Positions 9,398-20,129 of a stretch of 64,000 nucleotides of DNA are shown here, piece after piece. The translations under genes were made by a program, and so were the position numbers. The first letter of the stretch is position 1; each line of letters starts with the position of its first letter. The notes beneath the pieces were generated by a model. It was not told the DNA's origin and ran no database searches. It worked only from the letters and a program-made list of their open reading frames with translations. Source of the DNA: a virus; IMG/VR virus record IMGVR_UViG_3300034283_002790, positions 64,001 to 128,000 of that record; one strand, written 5' to 3'.

Positions 9398-10023
9398 TCT
9401 TCTGTTTTTATTTCATATTTATCTTTGTAAGTTTCCAAATCATTTATACTAATTTCTCTGAAAATTTCATTTGATTTTCTAGTTGCGGCAATTTCACCAT
9501 CTAATTCGGGGTTGAAAATAATCCCGGGATTTTTTGAATTGTTGTATTGAAAAAAATCTCCTCTGAAAATTTTAAACTCCTCTGGTACAATAAAGTAATT
9601 TTTTATGTACATAAAACAACCATATCCCTTTCTTAAAAATTCATTTACCGGTTCTATTCTTAAATCGTCAGAATTTTCCCAACTTATCCCTAAAAAATCA
9701 TAGTCGTTTTTATCTATTAAATCTAATAAATCTCCGATATTTGGGATCAAAATGTCATCATTTGCAATAATTAGTTTATATTTTGACAATGAAACTCCCT
9801 TATTCCACGCAGGATTTACAAATAAATTTTTGTGTTCAGAATAGTATATAATTTTGGACAAATCTTCGATTTTTGGTCTTGATTGGTATTCGTTATCTAT
9901 TAAAATGATTTCTTTAATTTTTTCTTCTTTTTGATAAATTGGTAACATTTTAAGTAGAAACTCACTCTTCCACATTGTAGCAATAACAATAGAGTAACCT
10001 TCTTTGTTGTCCAAATCCTTCAT
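9394..10023 (-). CDS. GT2-family glycosyltransferase
   Basis: SIVIATMW, IILIDN, NLFVNPAWNKG, IIANDDI. Confidence 0.75.
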   Translation of the reverse strand: MKDLDNKEGYSIVIATMWKSEFLLKMLPIYQKEEKIKEIILIDNEYQSRPKIEDLSKIIYYSEHKNLFVNPAWNKGVSLSKYKLIIANDDILIPNIGDLLDLIDKNDYDFLGISWENSDDLRIEPVNEFLRKGYGCFMYIKNYFIVPEEFKIFRGDFFQYNNSKNPGIIFNPELDGEIAATRKSNEIFREISINDLETYKDKYEIKTEE

Positions 10024-10045
10024 TAATTAAAATATTAAGAAATTC

Positions 10046-12586
10046 CTAGAGATTTTGTAGTATTCTTCTTCTTAATCTAGAAACCTTGGATTCATTCATT
10101 GTTCCACTTCTCTCACAAGGACAATTTAATTCTCCAAAGTCAACATCTTTATAATCTCTACTCTTAAGTTTTAAATTTCCAGTTTGACCAGTTTGAATCA
10201 GTTCTTTAATTTCTTTCCACGAAAGTCTTTTTCCGGCCGCTCTACCAAACTCTTCTTGTGATAGATCGTATCTTGTTGCTAAATCCGAAAGATCAATTTT
10301 CAAAGTACCATTGACAAAACTATCGAATCTACCTTTAAGGTAACATGAACATAATTTTTTCCATTTATTTCCTTGATACCTTCCTCCATCAGAAGTTAAA
10401 GCCTCAACAATATATTTTTCTAACTCTTCAATTGCTCTTACATCATCCCATTCACAAGTACAACCACCTGATGAGATTGACGATTCACTACCCTTAAGAA
10501 CAAATATTTTCAAAGCAGATTTGTTACCCAAATAAAATCCAAAATTTGTCTCTCTATAGTTAATTTTTGAGTCATCATCTGTCAATGGAGATAATCCGGA
10601 GAAGTTATTTTCAGTAATTTCGTCACCTCCCTTCACAACATCCCTTGTTTTTTTGACTGATCCTACCTGAACTTGTGATGTCTGTTGTGTCTGATTTGTG
10701 GAGTTGTCTTGCATTTCTCCTTGACCTCCAGGTGTGTTTGTAATATCAGTAGTTTGTGTTTGGTATTTTGGTTCATCATAAACCTCAGTTTCGGTTTTAG
10801 ATGGATACTTCAATAAATGTGCATCTTGTTCTGTGGCATCAAACTCTAGTTTGATTAATTTGTTATAAATATGAAAATAATCAGACCTCGCACCATTATT
10901 AATTGCATTTTGTAAACTTCCCTGACCATTTATCCCATAGTTTGGTAGTTTATCCATTTGAATAATTCTATTTTTTGCGGAAACAGGTTTACCATCCTCA
11001 GTCACAAAACCAAATTGTATACGTAATTGATCTAATTCACTTGCTTGACCAGTAGTCTGTTGATTGGTGGTAGTTGGTTGATTAGTAGTTGGTTGATTAG
11101 TTGTAGGTTGATTAGTTGTAGGTTGATTTGTAGTGGGTTGATTAGTGGTAGTTTGTGTTTGATTTTTACAAATTTGAATTACCTCATCCATTATTTGAAT
11201 AAGTCTATTAACATCTTTTCCAATCGCAGCATTTTGAAATCCGGTTAATTTTGATTTCATTAATTCCAATTGTTGTTTTCCTAAAATAACTTTTTGTTGA
11301 TTATCGGGAGTACATACTTGTGACGAATCAATTGAGTTTAATAATGCGATTGCCTCATCAATTTGTTTTTTATCATCAGGATTGGTTGCTAATCCTCTTA
11401 ATTTTGTTAGTATTTGAATTGCCTCCTGTTTGAGTTTATCAATTTTTTGAATATCCGTTTGACTCAAATTTTGTGTCGTTTGGTTCAAACTATAACCCAT
11501 AAAAGAACTTAAAGTTTGGTTTTGTGGGTTTTGAAAAGAATAATTAATAGATGATTGTTGATTACTTACAAACGGTGCTGAGAAACTGTAAACTTGTTCA
11601 TGAAGTTTTTTTTTTAATGCCCTTTTTAAACTTCTACTGATACTTTCATAAAACGTAACTTGTTCAACTTTTTTCTTTGGAGACCATTTCCAGTTAGGAT
11701 TTACCAAAATTGTTAATTTTTCTCCTTTGAAATCTTTTTCTTTTACGAGTTGCCCTAATTGACCAGTATCACCTACTAAAGGAAAGTGAACAAAATATAC
11801 AAAATCTTTGTCATTTAATTTTTCGACCGTCAATTCATCTTTAGTAACCGGATAATAATTTACCTCTTTACTTGGATCATATTTTGTAATGACATCTTTA
11901 TCATTTTTTGTAATATAGACTGTTTTGCCCTCAAATTTTGCAAAAATCCCATTTGATGTAATTTGTCCATTTTCTATTAGGGTTTCAAAAACCTTCTTTT
12001 GAGCCTCTGGATTATTTTGTGATGGTGTATTCGCATTATTTGGATCAAATGACGGATTTTGTAAGTAAAGTTTATACAAAGCCCCATAACTTCTTTTAAA
12101 TTCGTCTTTTAGATTTTGTGCATAAAATACGTCTCTTATTGTGCAGTTATCATATCTTCTATATGATATCCATAAATCATATTTACTTGCAACATCAGGA
12201 TAAAATCTATGAATAAATTCTCTAAAACTATCCCCTTCAGCCTGATTTTTGAATCCGGTTGTTGAATTTCCACTTTTACACTTTGTTTTTTGTGGAGGAT
12301 TTGGTGTTGGAGTTGGGTTTGATCCTTTACACTTTCCATCACAATTTGACGTTGTGTATGGTCCATTTACATCCGGAACACAATTTTGACCATTACATTT
12401 GTACTTCTTAGTTTGAGAAGATTTCTTTTTAATAAAATATCTTGCACCCTTAACGCAATCTAATTTTCTAGTTTCATATGCGGGATCAACCTTTTTGGAA
12501 TTATACTTTACTTGGCTAACTTTTTCGAAACCACTAAGTTTCAATTTGGCTTCTTCTGAATTACATTTTACTTCTGTAAATGGCAT
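10046..12586 (-). CDS. large hypothetical, probable virion/internal protein with Cys-rich and NQPTT repeats
   Basis: 846-aa ORF; C-terminal MNESKVSRLRRRIL helix. Confidence 0.6.
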   Translation of the reverse strand: MPFTEVKCNSEEAKLKLSGFEKVSQVKYNSKKVDPAYETRKLDCVKGARYFIKKKSSQTKKYKCNGQNCVPDVNGPYTTSNCDGKCKGSNPTPTPNPPQKTKCKSGNSTTGFKNQAEGDSFREFIHRFYPDVASKYDLWISYRRYDNCTIRDVFYAQNLKDEFKRSYGALYKLYLQNPSFDPNNANTPSQNNPEAQKKVFETLIENGQITSNGIFAKFEGKTVYITKNDKDVITKYDPSKEVNYYPVTKDELTVEKLNDKDFVYFVHFPLVGDTGQLGQLVKEKDFKGEKLTILVNPNWKWSPKKKVEQVTFYESISRSLKRALKKKLHEQVYSFSAPFVSNQQSSINYSFQNPQNQTLSSFMGYSLNQTTQNLSQTDIQKIDKLKQEAIQILTKLRGLATNPDDKKQIDEAIALLNSIDSSQVCTPDNQQKVILGKQQLELMKSKLTGFQNAAIGKDVNRLIQIMDEVIQICKNQTQTTTNQPTTNQPTTNQPTTNQPTTNQPTTTNQQTTGQASELDQLRIQFGFVTEDGKPVSAKNRIIQMDKLPNYGINGQGSLQNAINNGARSDYFHIYNKLIKLEFDATEQDAHLLKYPSKTETEVYDEPKYQTQTTDITNTPGGQGEMQDNSTNQTQQTSQVQVGSVKKTRDVVKGGDEITENNFSGLSPLTDDDSKINYRETNFGFYLGNKSALKIFVLKGSESSISSGGCTCEWDDVRAIEELEKYIVEALTSDGGRYQGNKWKKLCSCYLKGRFDSFVNGTLKIDLSDLATRYDLSQEEFGRAAGKRLSWKEIKELIQTGQTGNLKLKSRDYKDVDFGELNCPCERSGTMNESKVSRLRRRILQNL
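11070..11150 (-). repeat. 15-bp coding repeat (NQPTT x5)
   Basis: Seen in DNA and translation. Confidence 0.85.
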
Positions 12587-12614
12587 TTTTTTTTATTTTT
12601 TTAATAGATCTTTA

Positions 12615-14243
12615 TTATTTATCACATTCAAATGTTTGGTTAACCACTTTAGTATTACCATCCTCAAGTGTTACTGTTTCATCGTAAGTACCAGTACAAC
12701 TTGTAGTGTCAAATGCCTCATTAGAATAATTAATTCCATCGGCAGTAAGACTCGCTTGCATAGTTGCTAGTGTACATTTACAAGAATTGTTTGGTGGTGG
12801 AGTTACGTTATTTCCGCTGCATGGTTCCCCGACACCCCCAGCACTTACTGTCCATTTTTCTGAAGTACCACCTTTTCTCACAGCAATTACACACCCCGTG
12901 TTTTCATCAACCCCAAAAGACGCAACCCCATTCGTAGTGTTGTTTTTTGTGTCTTTACACCCATATTTAACGACAACAAATTTTTGCTGATCACTATTAA
13001 GGTCATTATACCCAATTATTGCCTCGCAACAATCTTCGTCCTTTGAATCTGCGGTAATAGTATCTTTTACATCTCGTTTAAACCCACCGTTGGCAAAATA
13101 TTGGTATACTTCATATCCAAGATACAAAACGGCTGCTATTACTAGTATCCACACTATAGTCTTTCTTGTGTTTCCTTTTAATGCTCCCAAAAGTCCGTTC
13201 AAAATTGCTGGGACAATTCCAAATATACCCGCAATAATCTTATGAATCACAGTTATGATTTGATCTGTTTTTTCATTTATATTCGGGGGTATTGGAATAC
13301 CACTATACAAATAACCTCCACCACTTGAGGGTTTTGGTTTTTCATTTTTTAATATAGGCACCACTAAGTCATCAAATACCTTATTGATTTCTTCATCACT
13401 CATTTCATCAACAGCATTTTTCAAACTCGTGATTTCTCCATCGGACAACTTGAGTTTCACGTCGGGATTACTGTTCATTACATTTCTTATTGATGAATAA
13501 TTTCCCTCCTGTAATTCATTTATTGTTTTTTGAATTGCCGGATCTAGTTCAAAGACATCACTACTTTTTGTTTTATAAGCATTTGCCTGGGCTTCAAGTG
13601 AATCAAATAATTCGTTTATTGCGGTTTTTTGAGTTGCGGTTAAATTTATATCACTATCTACTGCATTTCTTAAACCAGGTAATAAGTCAGCGACTGTTTC
13701 TAAATTTGCTGCCTTTTTTGCCTGATCAGGAACATCAATTTGTTTTTGAATGTTCTGTAATTTACTTTGTACCTGTCTTTGAGGTTCAGTTGATAATTCA
13801 GCAATTTGATTTTTTAGTGAAGTTACGTTGGCACCTCCTAAAATATCTCCTAAATTTTTCATAAGGGTAACACCACTTTCTCCTAACTCTTCTACAATAC
13901 TTTGTGCAACTTCTCTTTTAGTTGTACCCATCAAACCACCACTGATTATATCGTCAAATGTCAAATTATCACCAACTTTTTTACCTAGTTTAGTCATGAT
14001 TAAATCACTATTTTTTGCCGACATCAAAATTGCATTCTCGATTTCAGGAAGAACTGTTTTACCGATTAGTGCAACAGATGACCCCGGTGTGAGCCCATCC
14101 AATACACTTGGTAAACCTGATCCTAATGATTCATTTAATCTTATTTTGTTTTCTTTCAGAACTTCTGTGACACCCATTTTATGAAACATTTTTCTCATAA
14201 GAGCAAATTCCTCATTAAGTGTCATTTTTCTATTTCTTTGCAT
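12615..14243 (-). CDS. leader-class D protein, paralog family 1, with central TM segments
   Basis: N-terminal ~100 aa homologous to 32237 and 33802 ORFs; hydrophobic segments near residues 330-385. Confidence 0.65.
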   Translation of the reverse strand: MQRNRKMTLNEEFALMRKMFHKMGVTEVLKENKIRLNESLGSGLPSVLDGLTPGSSVALIGKTVLPEIENAILMSAKNSDLIMTKLGKKVGDNLTFDDIISGGLMGTTKREVAQSIVEELGESGVTLMKNLGDILGGANVTSLKNQIAELSTEPQRQVQSKLQNIQKQIDVPDQAKKAANLETVADLLPGLRNAVDSDINLTATQKTAINELFDSLEAQANAYKTKSSDVFELDPAIQKTINELQEGNYSSIRNVMNSNPDVKLKLSDGEITSLKNAVDEMSDEEINKVFDDLVVPILKNEKPKPSSGGGYLYSGIPIPPNINEKTDQIITVIHKIIAGIFGIVPAILNGLLGALKGNTRKTIVWILVIAAVLYLGYEVYQYFANGGFKRDVKDTITADSKDEDCCEAIIGYNDLNSDQQKFVVVKYGCKDTKNNTTNGVASFGVDENTGCVIAVRKGGTSEKWTVSAGGVGEPCSGNNVTPPPNNSCKCTLATMQASLTADGINYSNEAFDTTSCTGTYDETVTLEDGNTKVVNQTFECDK

Positions 14244-14303
14244 ATCTTGTTTTTTTATAAATACTATTAATTATGAAAAAATTAATTTATAGTTTAATAA
14301 TGT

Positions 14304-16769
14304 TTATTTTCCAATCCTTTTACCAAATTTATCTTTTAATTTTTGTTTTATACCTGGTTTTTTTGGTTCAGTAGTAGTTTCTGGTTGTTGTAACTGAGAA
14401 TTGTTTGAAGGATATTGTTGATTCGGATTATTACTAAATTGATTTGTTTGTTTTATTTTTCCGTAATAAACAACGTTTGGTGGAGTTCCAGCACTGTATA
14501 CATCATATTTATGGGGTTGTATACGGTAACTATTATATTTAACCTGTGTTACTTTTTCCCAATTAGTTCCGGTCCATTCTTCTGGTTTGGGCTCAACTGG
14601 TTTTACCACATTTGGATCCACAGGTCTATTCAAAGGATTTTCTATATTTGTAACAACTTCACCCTTTGCGTACTTTTTATAACCTTCTCTAACATCTGTA
14701 GATTTTGCAATACAAGGAAGACAATTAATTGATCTACCACCAATTTTCTTTTTACAAGCCTCATCATCATCTGTTAAAACATATCCTGATTCCTCACAAA
14801 TTGTTAAAATTTGATTTGCCAAATCAGGATTTTTTGACACAACATCAGTTTCCCAACATAGATCACTATTAAAATAATTTAATAAACCACTGACACCTTC
14901 CAGGTATTCAACCACTTTTTGACCTCCTTGTTGTTGTCTCTTTTTTAAATTAAGAAGGGACTGTAGAAGTACCGTTTCTTTCCATACCTTTGTTGCTTCA
15001 TCGGTAAACACACCATTTTCAAATAATTTCTTTAATGTGTCTTCACTAAATGTCATTGATCTTAATGAAAATTCATCTTGAGCATCTTTTTCTGACATTA
15101 TTTTCTTTTCCCACCCAGGACATTCACTATACTTTTTATCAAGGGCCGCTTTAGAGTTTTGTGCGTGTTGTTTTGCTGTTTGGTCATTAATTTTATCTTT
15201 ATTCTCTGGTTTAGAAGAAAAACGATCATAAATATTAATTAATACTTTTTGATAAGCAACCACCGTTCCAAGAGATTTTGTAAACGTTGATAAAAATCCT
15301 GCATTAGGTTTTGCCAATTCATCATTTATCCCATCAATTAATGATAACACTTTTGCGTATTTTTGTCTAAGTGCTTGCATCGCTAATCCTTCTTCCGTCA
15401 CATTCGATACCAAAGTTTTATTTACTTGACCATAAAATCCTGTCTCTCCGGTTTCAAACAACATCTTAAACGCTTGTTTTATTTCCGCTTGTAACTCAGG
15501 TTTTGTCATTGCTTCCATGAATTTATATAAAACCGCCCATTCTTCTGGTTGCATTGATCCTTTAAGTAATGTCATGGATAACCCCAAATCAACCCCAGAC
15601 AATGCTTGTTCTGTTAATTGTTTTCCTATTATTTCTAACATCGATTTGTTAGAATATTCCGTTCCCAAAAAGTTTTTTAATCCAGGACAATATGCCGAGA
15701 TTGCAGGCCAAGCAGCAAACGCCATTGTTATAAATGCCATTGATTCGTACTCAGGTCCCGCTTTAAGATAATTGAAAGCCAAAAACGAATTTAATCCAAT
15801 CTCACCAATCGTTTGAAAAAGCACCAATCTTAATCTTAGGTTTGCCGGACTAAGATTTGCACTTGTAAATGCCATCGCTCCCTCAGTACCTGCTACGGTT
15901 GAAAAACTTGTTAAAACTACCAATTTTTTTGCCACAAGGTAAATTGCAAGACTCGCCGCAATTTGTGCCAACATTCCTTGCCATGAACCCATAAATTTTA
16001 CAAAATTAGTTCTTGTATCAAGATCAAATGTTGATGGATCATCTTCTACAATAGGTGCTGTTTGGTTGTAAGACTCGTTAGTTTCAACATTAAAATACGC
16101 ACTTCCCAAATCAAACCTCGAACTTGTTGCTGCCATCCCTGGAACTACAATATTCCATCCTCTAGATTTTTCCATAGGTTTCAAAGGAACTTGGTCTTTT
16201 CTTATAACTTCCGGAAATAAGGATTTTTCCAAATCCACCAATTTAATTGCCAAAACAAACATCTTACCCTCACTTGTTTTGAATGCATAAGGTATTTTAT
16301 TTTTTCTTACCCATTCTAAAGTTTGCCAATCATCGGCCGGGTAATATCTTTTAACTATGGTTCCTTGTTTTCTAAGTTCCTTGTAAGGATCGTTTTGTAC
16401 GGGACCAGGAGAGTTCTGAGTAACAGTTATATCGTAATCATCCCAACTTTTTTTAACGTAAGCCTCATGCCACCCAAACTCGTCTTTGAAATGGTTGGGC
16501 TTATTTTCCAAACCAAATAATTTTCCAATATCTAAATTACCTTCAGGTAAATAAAATGCATTAAAACCTTTTTTAACATACCAAATTTTACCGTAAGTAC
16601 CAAAATCAAAACTACCTAAGGGACCTTCTTTATCAGACCCCTGCTCAAGTAAAATATTTTTATGAAATTGTTTTGGACTTAATTTAGTTTCAGTTAATAT
16701 AATGTCCAAATTCATCAACTCATGAATTTTTTTTATTTCAGATAATAAATTTATATTTTTGTTTGTCAT
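14304..16769 (-). CDS. large leader-class D protein with hydrophobic segments (possible ejection/membrane protein)
   Basis: NLLSEIKKIHELM leader; 821 aa. Confidence 0.55.
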   Translation of the reverse strand: MTNKNINLLSEIKKIHELMNLDIILTETKLSPKQFHKNILLEQGSDKEGPLGSFDFGTYGKIWYVKKGFNAFYLPEGNLDIGKLFGLENKPNHFKDEFGWHEAYVKKSWDDYDITVTQNSPGPVQNDPYKELRKQGTIVKRYYPADDWQTLEWVRKNKIPYAFKTSEGKMFVLAIKLVDLEKSLFPEVIRKDQVPLKPMEKSRGWNIVVPGMAATSSRFDLGSAYFNVETNESYNQTAPIVEDDPSTFDLDTRTNFVKFMGSWQGMLAQIAASLAIYLVAKKLVVLTSFSTVAGTEGAMAFTSANLSPANLRLRLVLFQTIGEIGLNSFLAFNYLKAGPEYESMAFITMAFAAWPAISAYCPGLKNFLGTEYSNKSMLEIIGKQLTEQALSGVDLGLSMTLLKGSMQPEEWAVLYKFMEAMTKPELQAEIKQAFKMLFETGETGFYGQVNKTLVSNVTEEGLAMQALRQKYAKVLSLIDGINDELAKPNAGFLSTFTKSLGTVVAYQKVLINIYDRFSSKPENKDKINDQTAKQHAQNSKAALDKKYSECPGWEKKIMSEKDAQDEFSLRSMTFSEDTLKKLFENGVFTDEATKVWKETVLLQSLLNLKKRQQQGGQKVVEYLEGVSGLLNYFNSDLCWETDVVSKNPDLANQILTICEESGYVLTDDDEACKKKIGGRSINCLPCIAKSTDVREGYKKYAKGEVVTNIENPLNRPVDPNVVKPVEPKPEEWTGTNWEKVTQVKYNSYRIQPHKYDVYSAGTPPNVVYYGKIKQTNQFSNNPNQQYPSNNSQLQQPETTTEPKKPGIKQKLKDKFGKRIGK

Positions 16770-16822
16770 TTTTAACTATCTTTCATTACTTTATCTAAAG
16801 TTTTCATAATTGTTCTAAATAT

Positions 16823-18988
16823 TTACTGCCCAACCATGTTGTCCATTACTGATGAACCATCATCTTTAAAACCATAAACGGTTTTAGTAAACACGCCTGA
16901 TGGGGGAACCATTAATGCCATTGGGTATGACCGAAACATTTCTAGTTCGTAACTTGTCTGAGAGGAAACATTATCGGAACATGTCACTAGTTCTCTATTT
17001 AATTTAGGGTCGCAAAAATCATTCCAGATTTCATTAGCCATCCCTAAGATCTCATCTTGACTTTTTCCAACAAATAACATATCAATAGTTCCTTGATTTG
17101 ATCCCGGTTGTTCCAAATCTTGTCCATAGGTTTTCATTATATATGGATTAATTTTTCTAATTATTTTCTTTCTGTGAGCGACTGGTAATAGTTTTCCCAA
17201 AGAATCAAAATCAGAATCATCAATTTTGCCATTTGAGTTCACATCTAATAAATCTAAAATGAATTTTGTTTTTTGATAAGTTGTTTTTTGATCTGGATTT
17301 ATTGATCCGTGAGATGCATCATCATATTCATTATCTGCTTTAGATCTATTTTTGGAATAATAATCATTAGTCCTACATGTCTCAACAGATTTGGATGTTA
17401 CCCAAACATGACTCACATTCATATCTTTACCAATTGGACTATCGGCTTTCGCTGTTTCAAACAATTTAATTCTCACCCATCTTTTAGCAACTCCTGTTGA
17501 TAATGCTGCGTCCATTAATTTTTTATTAGATAAAACTGTATTAGTGGGAATTACATATGACTCAAGTTCACATTCACTTGGTGCCATACCCGCTAAACCT
17601 GTGGCACCACCATAAAGTGTTTGCCAACCACTTTTATCCACTGTTTGTGATTGATTTAGAATACTTTGATCCGCATCTGTAAATTTTGAGGCATTTCCAC
17701 CACATGATGTGAAAACCCCATAATCTACCCCACAAGGATTCGGAAGTTCTTTAGTAGATACTTGGTCGACAACCATAAAAAATGCAGTTTGTGAATCGTT
17801 CACTTCTATTCTTTTCCACGCTGAGTTTTTGAAACCTTGTTCTTTTCCCATTTGTTTACAAGCCACTTTGTGATATAGTGGTAACCAAAGTAAAACTTCA
17901 TCTCCGGTAAATTCTCCAATTATTTTTTTACCCGTCCATTGTGCATAATTATCCCAATAGTCGAAAAATTGCCCCACATCTTTATTAACACCCGGATCTT
18001 CTCTTAAATTTACATAAATCTCCCCATTTCTTAAACATGCAGGACTTTTTACTCTATCCCCGGTGTTATCAATTACATAACCCTCTTGGTCAATATTATG
18101 TTTTTTCATCGATTCGATTTCCGAATCTTTATAGGCCAAAATTTCAAAACTATAGTTCATAACAGATTCAGTAGATGGAATTTCGGGTTTCAAAGGGTTA
18201 TTTAAATTACTAAAAGATGTTTTTTGATCAGCAGGTAAAGAGAATTTACCTAAATCAGTCTCCACATTAGGTGCTGATCTTGAAGTATATATTACATTTT
18301 CTGGACTTACAAGTTCCCAGGGTGAAACGATCTCTGGTATGGGTGTCCATTTTTTAGCATCTGTAATTTTTTTGTTTTGTTCATACCAACTTTGATAAAG
18401 TGGGTATCCTTTAGGAGTAAACCACCAATTCTCTGACCAGGTTACATCTAAGTATTCTGCACCACTTACCCCTTGTTTTTCTTTTCCTACCAGTTCATTA
18501 TAAGCCCCACGATTCATAGCAAACTGTTGATCACAACCTATCGGTATGCTCATCCAAGAATTATAGATTAAAATTAAACACTGTTGAGTTTGTTGTGATT
18601 TCCAAGTATTTTCGTCAGGTAATTTAAGACCCAATTGTCTTTTTTTCAACCACTGTATTTCAGTGTATGACTGACACTTTTCAATCTCACCAGTTTCGCC
18701 TTTTTGTTTTTTTCCTAGTAAATAATTAGTATATTGATCAAATGTCCAAACTTTAAATTTATTTTCTTCATCTGTTGTTGCCCCAGGAATTATTAGTGTT
18801 TTTCCATCCTTACAACTCATAATTTTACCAATCCCCTGATTGGGTTGATTTGCTTTATCAGTTTTTTTTGTTTCTGTATTATTAATAATCGGAATTCGTA
18901 CAGGAAGATTATTTTCAAGAAGCACTAATTTTTCCTGATTTGTTTTTTTTTCGAGTAATCTTTCCTTAATTAATTTTTTGAGTTCCAT
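16823..18988 (-). CDS. large hypothetical virion-like protein
   Basis: 721 aa; MELKKLIKERLLE leader; EF-hand-like DVNSNGKIDDSD. Confidence 0.55.
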   Translation of the reverse strand: MELKKLIKERLLEKKTNQEKLVLLENNLPVRIPIINNTETKKTDKANQPNQGIGKIMSCKDGKTLIIPGATTDEENKFKVWTFDQYTNYLLGKKQKGETGEIEKCQSYTEIQWLKKRQLGLKLPDENTWKSQQTQQCLILIYNSWMSIPIGCDQQFAMNRGAYNELVGKEKQGVSGAEYLDVTWSENWWFTPKGYPLYQSWYEQNKKITDAKKWTPIPEIVSPWELVSPENVIYTSRSAPNVETDLGKFSLPADQKTSFSNLNNPLKPEIPSTESVMNYSFEILAYKDSEIESMKKHNIDQEGYVIDNTGDRVKSPACLRNGEIYVNLREDPGVNKDVGQFFDYWDNYAQWTGKKIIGEFTGDEVLLWLPLYHKVACKQMGKEQGFKNSAWKRIEVNDSQTAFFMVVDQVSTKELPNPCGVDYGVFTSCGGNASKFTDADQSILNQSQTVDKSGWQTLYGGATGLAGMAPSECELESYVIPTNTVLSNKKLMDAALSTGVAKRWVRIKLFETAKADSPIGKDMNVSHVWVTSKSVETCRTNDYYSKNRSKADNEYDDASHGSINPDQKTTYQKTKFILDLLDVNSNGKIDDSDFDSLGKLLPVAHRKKIIRKINPYIMKTYGQDLEQPGSNQGTIDMLFVGKSQDEILGMANEIWNDFCDPKLNRELVTCSDNVSSQTSYELEMFRSYPMALMVPPSGVFTKTVYGFKDDGSSVMDNMVGQ

Positions 18989-19224
18989 TATAGTAAAGTG
19001 TTCGCTTTTCCTCTAGTAATTTTATAAAGTGATGACCAAGTTACTTTATCGTCAATTGTATTTGCAACTCCCCTCGTTAGACCGGTTTCCCATTTTGTAA
19101 CAGTGGGATACCCCTGTGCCGACCCCCCACTTGGTTCACTAGGTGCATCCTGTTCACCTAATTCACTTTCAATATCCTCATTTGAATATTTATTCAAAAT
19201 ATTAATTACGTCATCAAACAACAT
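18988..19224 (-). CDS. small hypothetical protein
   Basis: Translationally coupled to the 16823 ORF; TATTTAT upstream. Confidence 0.55.
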   Translation of the reverse strand: MLFDDVINILNKYSNEDIESELGEQDAPSEPSGGSAQGYPTVTKWETGLTRGVANTIDDKVTWSSLYKITRGKANTLL

Positions 19225-19313
19225 AACAATAAATATCTTTTTTTGTAAATAAATTCCAAAAAGTTTTTTTTTTAAAAAAATTGATTTACATTTGTGGTTT
19301 AAAACTATTTTTT

Positions 19314-19820
19314 ATGAAAAATTTATTTATCTTAATTTCTCCCTTTTTATTATTTTCTTCTTGTATTAAATATGGTCAACCAAAATTATTGTCCCTCAGT
19401 GGAGAATATAGGGTAGATAAAATAACATATGAGGAAATTGACAACTCAGGAAACCCATCTCAAGTAGTTTATTTACCTGGAGACTGGTGTATCAATCCTG
19501 CTGAAATTGATGTTCTAGATTCAATTGATGTTGGCTTTTTCAAAATGCATTTAGATTATTCCATGATTAGATTTCAACCAATACCTACTGGTTCCGGTTC
19601 TTCTTATTGGTCGGTACAATACCCATATCATGTAAGTGGACAATATAGTTCTTATGATCTAGGTTACATCAATTTTAATTGTGATGGTACAAGAAGGTAT
19701 TGGAAAATTATTGATGATGGTGTTGAATCTTTAACTATTAGAACTTCGGGTCAATGGGTTAATGGAAATTCTGGTTCAAATGAATCATTTACATTACATA
19801 TGACTAGAGTTGGTCCTTAG
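19314..19820 (+). CDS. putative lipoprotein (lipocalin-like)
   Basis: MKNLFILISPFLLFSSC lipobox; TACATTTG promoter at 19287-19294. Confidence 0.65.
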   Translation: MKNLFILISPFLLFSSCIKYGQPKLLSLSGEYRVDKITYEEIDNSGNPSQVVYLPGDWCINPAEIDVLDSIDVGFFKMHLDYSMIRFQPIPTGSGSSYWSVQYPYHVSGQYSSYDLGYINFNCDGTRRYWKIIDDGVESLTIRTSGQWVNGNSGSNESFTLHMTRVGP

Positions 19821-20128
19821 AATAACTCCGAATTTGGTAATCTATCGGGATTTACAATATAGTACTCATTAAGGTAGGTAATTAATACGTCTTCGTCGAG
19901 GGTTTCGATATCAAAGAAGTCCTCGACAAATGAGTAGTCATCCTCTTCTTCGTTAACCAAAAAATCCACATCATCCTGTATCAAATCAAATCCCATTCCT
20001 TTTGCTTCTTCGATACTCAAAACATCACTTCTTACTTCATCTTCAGCATCATAAGACAACCTAAAAGAAACCTCAATAGACTTTGTCTCTTCATAAATGT
20101 AATAAGAAATAATTTCAACAACTTCCAT
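19817..20128 (-). CDS. acidic hypothetical protein
   Basis: 103-aa ORF. Confidence 0.6.
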   Translation of the reverse strand: MEVVEIISYYIYEETKSIEVSFRLSYDAEDEVRSDVLSIEEAKGMGFDLIQDDVDFLVNEEEDDYSFVEDFFDIETLDEDVLITYLNEYYIVNPDRLPNSELF

Positions 20129-20129
20129 T

